A stretch of 42,333 nucleotides of DNA from a virus: IMG/VR virus record IMGVR_UViG_3300045988_165172; one strand, 5' to 3'. Below the pieces are notes generated by a model. The model saw only the letters and a list, made by a program, of their open reading frames with translations, was not told the origin of the DNA and searched no databases. This document shows, one piece after another, positions 37,001 through 42,333 of the stretch (position 1 is its first letter; the number at the start of each line of letters is the position of its first letter). Position numbers and translations under genes: made by a program.

Positions 37001-38421
37001 AGAAAATAGTTCAAGTTGGCTCTTATTCTGATACTACAGAATATCCTTCTGATGTTCCTTATGTATTTGTACATTTAGGAGTAAACGACCCTTATCAGAG
37101 TGGCTATAGCGCATTAAAAAATTTATTATCTCTGTTAAGAGCCAAATACCCTAAAAGACCTATTTTTGTAGCGAAAGAAATACATGTTGGCTCAAAAGTA
37201 TCTAATTATGTAGATTATAACAAAGCTATAGATACATTTAACACACAAATTCTCGATTATTGTAATAATCATGAAAATGTATATCAAATTGATATTAGCA
37301 CAGATCTTGAAGAGGGTGGCATATTAAAATCTTCATTAACTGCAGACGGTATACACTTAAAAACAAAAGACAACTATAAAACATTATTTAACAATATAAC
37401 AAACAGAATTAAGTTCACAAATAAAGACAATACAGAAAGTGGCGGTGACAATACTGGAGATAGTGGCAGTAGTGGTGGCGATAATACTGGGGACACAACA
37501 ACACCAAATTATAAAACTGTAAATGAAACGTTAGTATCTACAAATAACTATTATTATGATGATGTATTAGAAAGCTTAACTTTTACATTGCCAAGTAAGG
37601 CAGTAGATAGTTATTATACAAGACTAAAATTTACTACATCACCAAACTTCAAATATAACCAGTCAACTACATGTTACTTGGAAGGTGATGATTGCAAGAA
37701 CGGACAATTAATACCAAAACCTAATACAACATACAAGATAATAATAATGACTAATACAATAAGCTCTATAAGTTCTAAATATTATGGTTCTGTTACTACT
37801 ATTAAGACTGGAGAATATACAGATTTTGCAGACTTTGTGGGTGGCGAAAAAGTAACAGAAATAGCAAAAACATATCTTAACCGTACAAACTTAGAATACA
37901 TAGGTCAATATTCTACAACTGCTATAGTAACACCAGCAAACTTTACGAATCCAGCGGCTAATCTAAGTAAATGGTATGATTCAGTTAGAAAGAAAGACCA
38001 AATAGACGGCAGCACATTAGTACAATTTTCATATATGGGAATAGATTATGATACTTCTCCTTATGCAAATCACAAAATGACAAGTATCAAAAGAAGCAAT
38101 AAATATAGTTGGACCTTTACATTTCCAAGACTTGCTGCAAACCAAGCGAAATATTGCATAACTAATGGATGGGTTTTACATGGAGCAGACCTTGTTAATT
38201 TCAGTAACCTAGAACCAGGGGATTTAATCTTCTATGACTCTGATACAAAAGATAATAATCGTTACATGAATTGTTCACATGTTTCTATATGTATCGGAAA
38301 AATAAATGATGTTATGACTTGTATAGAATCCACTACGTGTGAAAACGGCGTAAGAACGATAGCTATAAAGGATAATGCCGCAGATAAGATATTATTTGTA
38401 GCAAGACCAAAAAAGGCATAA
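34012..38421 (+). CDS. Tail-associated lysin (Tal) with lytic transglycosylase, NlpC/P60, SGNH-esterase-like and a degenerate second NlpC/P60-like module
   Basis: N-terminal prophage tail endopeptidase-like region. SLT motif AESSGNPYA...GYGLMG. NlpC/P60 motif GYDCSSF...HHVGVYIG. SGNH-like HLGVNDP...ADGIHLK. C-terminal IDGSTLVQFSY...CSHVSICIG. Confidence 0.8.
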   Translation: MTDITLFILDKNKRIIDVVSNAGTEENAFWDDTFTQEINVASIFEFSLELNQRTKESIKTGNYILFRYRSKNFLFTIVTVETDDSNGYAEAQVYCESISLILYNSVIQKNTLNNCNATTFLTTILQDTDFLAGYIDVAVNRNAALIEIDKSTSVYELLTSKLETYKAEMDIRIEVEGNKVTDMYIDLYSKLGSDNGARFDYNTNLESVNRKEDISDLCTAIIGIGKDDLDFREAEWNIEAGKPADKIRGANFIADDIANAMFGFPGKYIYGIYEDDSCEDAYTLLEKSYEALQERKQPKVDYECKVAYLDGDINLGDAITIVDRTYPEPLQLIARVNKLEISFSDESKNTCSFANYNKAYSNMITKNDTFEQLKNYILGLNIGKLTLAEIEIIKQYMRQLGIDKETIDKLFSDILNNPDTKPGTGGNKDTLVKTIEGGLWLGDSRMVAMKKYNLFKLADSDTSTEPGTITTDDYKKALDLYNSIGIGSKIKISPTAYEKLVSSSNQYKISTIAKYWSQKFGLDPNITLAMIMAESSGNPYAHGSSSGSGYGLMGCERSVFFNHTQTLKFVDGTTQSFTPSYATMQPGSGGTTTLNGITVDRNISNQVMLGCNELRQAFTYAHNNIFAGLISYNMGVGAMYWIVSRYVCDTYGYTFVNMNSISAQSAVAQKKIYEVLDNGGFEFANWRQVYKNNGGGGTVNNVEGYLAWYQIQDGQLPYLVDKNGNKLGYGVSGKTTATTNYSAPVSTVTYVTNTQLTPTRNKIVDKAKEIVQLHIDGLASYSQYPRTIDDTKRKYIAKGTYVKLNSSSWGYVGSTYNGISTSVNGGKGVIGYDCSSFASCCYMNAGLRSMYNGNCSGGTIMSEITKNGGMMWLANAEGRAKAKPGDCIMFCTNHIPTQADMDNRKLLATHHVGVYIGDDQMAHASMWTTVPNAIKISKLSTYPSLKYAFFIRPKDLQESDANESVIEDTTTDEGNNIISKCVIGASAYHFYSGNQLKKIVQVGSYSDTTEYPSDVPYVFVHLGVNDPYQSGYSALKNLLSLLRAKYPKRPIFVAKEIHVGSKVSNYVDYNKAIDTFNTQILDYCNNHENVYQIDISTDLEEGGILKSSLTADGIHLKTKDNYKTLFNNITNRIKFTNKDNTESGGDNTGDSGSSGGDNTGDTTTPNYKTVNETLVSTNNYYYDDVLESLTFTLPSKAVDSYYTRLKFTTSPNFKYNQSTTCYLEGDDCKNGQLIPKPNTTYKIIIMTNTISSISSKYYGSVTTIKTGEYTDFADFVGGEKVTEIAKTYLNRTNLEYIGQYSTTAIVTPANFTNPAANLSKWYDSVRKKDQIDGSTLVQFSYMGIDYDTSPYANHKMTSIKRSNKYSWTFTFPRLAANQAKYCITNGWVLHGADLVNFSNLEPGDLIFYDSDTKDNNRYMNCSHVSICIGKINDVMTCIESTTCENGVRTIAIKDNAADKILFVARPKKA

Positions 38422-38433
38422 GAAGGTGATAAA

Positions 38434-41172
38434 ATGAGCTATACGACACAGTATGAAGAATATACAGAAAACTATAATAATATAATAAAAGTTTTAAGCG
38501 ACATAATAGAATCAGGTGAAGTTACATCTGGTTCTCAGGCGCTTCTTGAAGAAGCTTATATAGATTATAATAACAGTTATGCCGACACTTTGCGTACTTT
38601 TCAAACCATCAAAGAAAGTACGCAAACCAAGAAGTTGCAGGACATTGAGATAAAAAAAATTGACGCAACTAAGAAAAATATAGTAGACATATTAACAAAC
38701 AACGGAGTCAATAATTCAATCTACCTCGATGACAATGATAATATTATGATTAATGGTGAATATGTACCAGACTTGAATCAAATTAAGATAACAGTAGATC
38801 AACAGAACAAAAAAATTGAATCTATGATAAGTGGCGGCGAAATAGAAATAGATGGAGAAAAAAAATCTGTACAAGTCGCATTTACCGATTTAAAACAAAC
38901 TGTAGATACCGTTTCTTCAACTGTAACTAATTTCCAACAAAAGGTCGAAAAAGACTATTATACCAAGGAACAAACCACTTCACAAATAACGCAAAAAGCG
39001 TCAGATATTACAACTACAGTAGCTAATACTTATGCAACTCAAGATACAGTTAATAACATGGGTACTATGATACAACAAAAGACAGATGAAATAACAAGTA
39101 CTGTAGCATCGCTTAAAAAAAACTTAGCTGATAATTATTCTACATCTACAGAAGTAACGTCACAGATAACGCAAAAAACAGATGAAATTACTGGTTCTAT
39201 ATCAAAAACGTACGCAACTAAGGATTCGGTTACAAGTCTCGATACTACGTTACAGACTAAGATTGGAGAGGTTTCAAGCACTGTAACAAGCGTTAAAAAA
39301 GATCTAGCTGACAACTATACAAATAATACAGATCTTGCTACACAATTATTACAAACAGAAAATAGCATTACTGCTACAGTAAAATCAACATACGCAACAA
39401 AAGATTCAGTTAATACTTTTGCATCACAAATACAACAAACAGAAAACAAAATTAATATGGTAGTAGCTAGTAATAGTACAGAAACAAATGTAATACTTAC
39501 AGATAAAGCACTAACAGCTATATCAAACAATATTAATTTATCAGCAGATAATATAAAACTAGAAGGATATACGACTATTAATGGCGGCTTCAAAGTTGAT
39601 ACTTCTGGAAACATAGAAGCAACTAATGCTAATATAACAGGGGAGATAAATGCTACATCTGGTAAAATTTCTTCGGACTTAGAAGTCGAAGGATTGAACG
39701 TATCAGGAACATTAACAGCCGATTCACTTAATGTTAGACAACTTAATTGCGGTGATTTGAATGGTGTAGTGTCTGATGTAGCTCTTGTAGTAGATTCAAC
39801 AATCGATACATCAAATGTCTTTGAGAATAACGGCAAATTTAGCTCTTTACAAAGAGCAATAGAGAGTATTCCTAAAAATTTAAATGGATATACGGTATCT
39901 ATCGAAGTTAATTCAATATTATATGAAAATATAACTATAAAGGGATTTAATGGGGGCACTTTATATATTAAATTTAATAAGAATAATTGTGGTTATATAT
40001 TTGGACATAATTGTGGAGCAGAATTGCTATTGCAGGGAACTGGAACAACTTCACAGATATTAGTAAGTAACTATAAAACAACAGGAAATGTCAACATGCG
40101 TACGGGCGGAGATGTTTCTTACAATATAGTTCAAACAGTTCCAACTGGAGCAACATTATTGCTTACAAACTTTAACTCAAATGGTTGGGGATACACTACA
40201 TATAACGGAAAAAGTGGATGGATGAGTACAAATACAAGTTATATGGTAAAAGAAGAAGTATATGAAACATCTGGTTCGTCAACTGCTATACAACCAAGTG
40301 AATTACTAACACAAGATGGTAAAAACTATGCTGCAGTATTTCGTAATTGTCCTTATGTAGCTTTATTTGATTTAGAAGTGTATGGCAAAACTGGCAATGC
40401 GTCAAATTATGCTATCGGCTCCATAAGAGGATCCTATGTAGATATAGAAAATAGTAAAATTTGTGGAAGCGAAAACGGAATGTTAGCTAGTAGAGGTGGT
40501 AGAATATTTGAATCAAATGTTAACGGTAAAGTAAATAAAATCGCACAAAAGGCTGAATTGAGTGGAATGATTTATATAAATGATGGTACAACTATAAATG
40601 GGACAACATCTAAAGATAGTTCTTCTCAAGTTATATATTCTGAATCTGGAGCAGTCCAAGATACAACAAGTAATGTTGGAACAAATACCAATACTACAAC
40701 TGCTACAACTACAGTAACTATAACTAGTACAGGTGCAGATACATATAGAAGTACAATGTATAATAATTACAAACAAGACAACACAGCGCGTCAAGGCAAC
40801 TATGGTTGGGGTGATTGTAACGGTTTGTGGCTATTTGGTTCTAAGTTCACACAGCTTAAAGGTAAAACTATTACTAAATTAACAGTTACAGTAAATCGTA
40901 TACAAGGTGGTATATATGGTAATGTTACTGCTACATTAAAAATGCATGGATACTCAACTAAACCTAGTGGTATGCCAACATATACATCTGGTTGGAGCAC
41001 ATCGATAACAACACCTATAAATACAACTAAAACTATAGAAATAACAGATGCAACAGTTCTTAATGCCATAAGCAATGGTACTTGTAAAGGATTTGGAGTT
41101 CAAGGTGCTTATGATTCTAGTCATTACGCCGTATTTGATGGTAACTGTACTTTGACTGCAACTATACAATAA
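38434..41172 (+). CDS. Tail fibre / receptor-binding protein with 60-aa repeats and an SH3b domain
   Basis: Three 180-nt repeats (TSQITQK..TYATKDSV). SH3b-like NMRTGGDVSYNIVQTVPTGATLLL...GWGYTTYNGKSGWM. The C-terminus is Thr-rich with a beta-rich domain. Confidence 0.7.
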   Translation: MSYTTQYEEYTENYNNIIKVLSDIIESGEVTSGSQALLEEAYIDYNNSYADTLRTFQTIKESTQTKKLQDIEIKKIDATKKNIVDILTNNGVNNSIYLDDNDNIMINGEYVPDLNQIKITVDQQNKKIESMISGGEIEIDGEKKSVQVAFTDLKQTVDTVSSTVTNFQQKVEKDYYTKEQTTSQITQKASDITTTVANTYATQDTVNNMGTMIQQKTDEITSTVASLKKNLADNYSTSTEVTSQITQKTDEITGSISKTYATKDSVTSLDTTLQTKIGEVSSTVTSVKKDLADNYTNNTDLATQLLQTENSITATVKSTYATKDSVNTFASQIQQTENKINMVVASNSTETNVILTDKALTAISNNINLSADNIKLEGYTTINGGFKVDTSGNIEATNANITGEINATSGKISSDLEVEGLNVSGTLTADSLNVRQLNCGDLNGVVSDVALVVDSTIDTSNVFENNGKFSSLQRAIESIPKNLNGYTVSIEVNSILYENITIKGFNGGTLYIKFNKNNCGYIFGHNCGAELLLQGTGTTSQILVSNYKTTGNVNMRTGGDVSYNIVQTVPTGATLLLTNFNSNGWGYTTYNGKSGWMSTNTSYMVKEEVYETSGSSTAIQPSELLTQDGKNYAAVFRNCPYVALFDLEVYGKTGNASNYAIGSIRGSYVDIENSKICGSENGMLASRGGRIFESNVNGKVNKIAQKAELSGMIYINDGTTINGTTSKDSSSQVIYSESGAVQDTTSNVGTNTNTTTATTTVTITSTGADTYRSTMYNNYKQDNTARQGNYGWGDCNGLWLFGSKFTQLKGKTITKLTVTVNRIQGGIYGNVTATLKMHGYSTKPSGMPTYTSGWSTSITTPINTTKTIEITDATVLNAISNGTCKGFGVQGAYDSSHYAVFDGNCTLTATIQ
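38977..39480 (+). repeat. About 2.8 tandem copies of a 180-nt (60-aa) coding repeat
   Basis: Repeat starts at 38977, 39157 and 39337 align at the protein level. Confidence 0.7.
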
Positions 41173-41194
41173 AAGAGAAAAGAGAGGCGATAAA

Positions 41195-42333
41195 ATGATA
41201 AGTAAAGATTGTACTATTACTATAGACAAAGGAAATGCTAGCGTAGATGAAGATGTATATCTGTACAAAAACGACATGAATATACAGATATTATTTACGA
41301 TAGTGAATAATAAATACAGATATACTAAAAACACAGCAATTGATAACATAATTGCAAATAACAAAGCAAGTTATGCTCAGGTGAAATTCAAAAAAGGCGA
41401 TATTGAAATTGATTTTGAAGAGCAAGAAACGAAAGATGGAGCTGTAGTTTTGCTAATAAAAAAAGAATTAATAGATGAGGATACAGAATTAGGCGACTAT
41501 AGTATTCAAATACGATTATTTGATGAAAACAAAACATCTGTAATAACATTACCTCCAGTAGAAAATTGTATACATATCCAAAGGCCTCTGTTTGAAAAGG
41601 CAGGTGAAGATACAAATATAGTAGATCAAGCTCTTACAGATATGGCAGTTGTAACATACGCCGAGCCAATTAGTGCTACAAATAGTGATGGAACATATAA
41701 TAAGAAAACATGGATATCAAAAGAGAAAATTACAACTGCCGAACTTAATAGAATAGAAACAGGGATAAAAACTAATAGTGTAAATATTAAAACTATGAGT
41801 GGTACAATAAATGAAATTAATACTAAAATATGGGATATACAAAATCCTTTTGATATATCATCTATTACACTATCTCCAAATATAGCCCAAATGGGCAGTA
41901 CTGTCAGCCCTAAATTAACATGGAATTATACTCATAGTGTGATAAAAAGCCAAACTATTAATAAAGCAGCTGTTGAGAATACATTAAGAACGAAAACATT
42001 TACAGGAGTTACTGCGACAACTACTTATACTTTAGATGCCACGTCTAATAATGACACACAAAAATCAAAATCAGCTACTATTACATTTGCTAATGGTGTT
42101 TACTATGGAAAATCTACTGCAGCAACTTATGACAATGAGTTGATTAACTCATTAACAAAACAACTATCTAATTCAAAGAATAGAACTATAACAGTAAATG
42201 TAGGAGCTGGGGAGTATATATTCTATTGTGTTCCAAGCCGATTAGGTGCTTGTAGTTTTAACGTTGGTGGTTTTGACGGAGGATTTAGCAAGGTGGCAAC
42301 TGTAAACTTTACTAATAGCGATAACTATGCAGA
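41195..42333 (+). CDS. BppU-like baseplate / tail fibre protein, wraps to 119 through the contig junction
   Basis: ATG with RBS AGAGAGG. No stop before the window end. The frame continues into 56..119. The N-terminus (CTITIDKGNASVDEDVYLYKND) is Ig-like and resembles BppU. Confidence 0.65.
   Translation, partial: MISKDCTITIDKGNASVDEDVYLYKNDMNIQILFTIVNNKYRYTKNTAIDNIIANNKASYAQVKFKKGDIEIDFEEQETKDGAVVLLIKKELIDEDTELGDYSIQIRLFDENKTSVITLPPVENCIHIQRPLFEKAGEDTNIVDQALTDMAVVTYAEPISATNSDGTYNKKTWISKEKITTAELNRIETGIKTNSVNIKTMSGTINEINTKIWDIQNPFDISSITLSPNIAQMGSTVSPKLTWNYTHSVIKSQTINKAAVENTLRTKTFTGVTATTTYTLDATSNNDTQKSKSATITFANGVYYGKSTAATYDNELINSLTKQLSNSKNRTITVNVGAGEYIFYCVPSRLGACSFNVGGFDGGFSKVATVNFTNSDNYA
42279..42333. 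repeat. Terminal overlap copy 2 (identical to 1..55)
   Basis: Exact 55-nt identity with the window start. Confidence 0.95.

Larger units (their letters stand above)
1..42333. mobile_element. Complete temperate siphovirus-type phage genome, circularly closed contig (unique length 42,278 bp)
   Basis: A full set of lysogeny, replication, packaging, head, tail and lysis modules is present. The two ends are identical over 55 nt. One ORF runs across the junction in frame. Confidence 0.85.

Noticed and set aside
39315-39959. A 214-aa ORF on the - strand, and many similar antisense ORFs in the track (e.g. 211..411, 3196..3603, 13155..13469, 14381..14740, 16962..17309, 24942..25328, 28006..28416, 29181..29540, 30168..30812, 34272..36938, 40513..41364).
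   Set aside because: All lie fully inside well-supported + strand genes and lack Shine-Dalgarno sites. Their Leu/Ile/Phe/Ser-rich, low-complexity translations are typical of the antisense strand of AT-rich coding DNA.
1-42333. tRNA, tmRNA or rRNA genes, reverse transcriptase/DGR elements, and transposases.
   Set aside because: I could not recognise any cloverleaf-capable GC-rich segment, RT motif (YxDD) or transposase ORF. A tRNAscan or Rfam run would be needed to exclude small RNAs formally.

Overview
The window is one complete, circularly closed genome of a temperate siphovirus-type phage from an AT-rich Firmicute (Clostridium-like codon usage and Shine-Dalgarno sites; I cannot name the host). 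The first 55 nt (1..55) are identical to the last 55 nt (42279..42333), so the unique unit is 42,278 bp, and one tail-fibre-like ORF (41195..42333) continues across the junction and stops at 119. Module order on the + strand: tail fibre with a metallophosphoesterase domain; a small moron; a lysis cassette (S8 protease, XhlA, holin, amidase-SH3b endolysin). The lysogeny module is on the - strand (large serine recombinase, lipoprotein, XRE/CI-like repressor). Back on the + strand: Cro-like and Rha/ANT antirepressor; a replication and recombination module (ERF, DnaD-like initiator with iterons, DnaB-like helicase, VRR-NUC, YopX, ThyX-like); two sigma-region-4-like late regulators; then terS, terL, portal, gp7-like, scaffold, capsid, connectors, major tail, G/GT chaperone, tape measure, Dit, Tal and fibres. 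The points most worth a second look are listed here. (1) An ORF-less group I intron splits the tape measure gene; I could fold P1-P8 by eye. (2) A compact subtilisin-like protease is translationally coupled to the lysis cassette. (3) A virion fibre carries a complete calcineurin-type metallophosphoesterase domain. (4) The tail lysin carries four hydrolase-like modules. (5) SH3b modules recur in Dit (two copies), the fibre and the endolysin. (6) An in-frame TAA cuts the CRC hallmark motif off the gp7-like head protein. (7) A perfect 24-nt tandem duplication is read in two frames. (8) The tail chaperone has a lambda-identical GGGAAAG -1 frameshift site. (9) Phased 11-bp repeats plus a structured, terminator-containing leader sit upstream of terS. 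All coordinates were derived by hand. All homology statements are motif recognition, not database searches.
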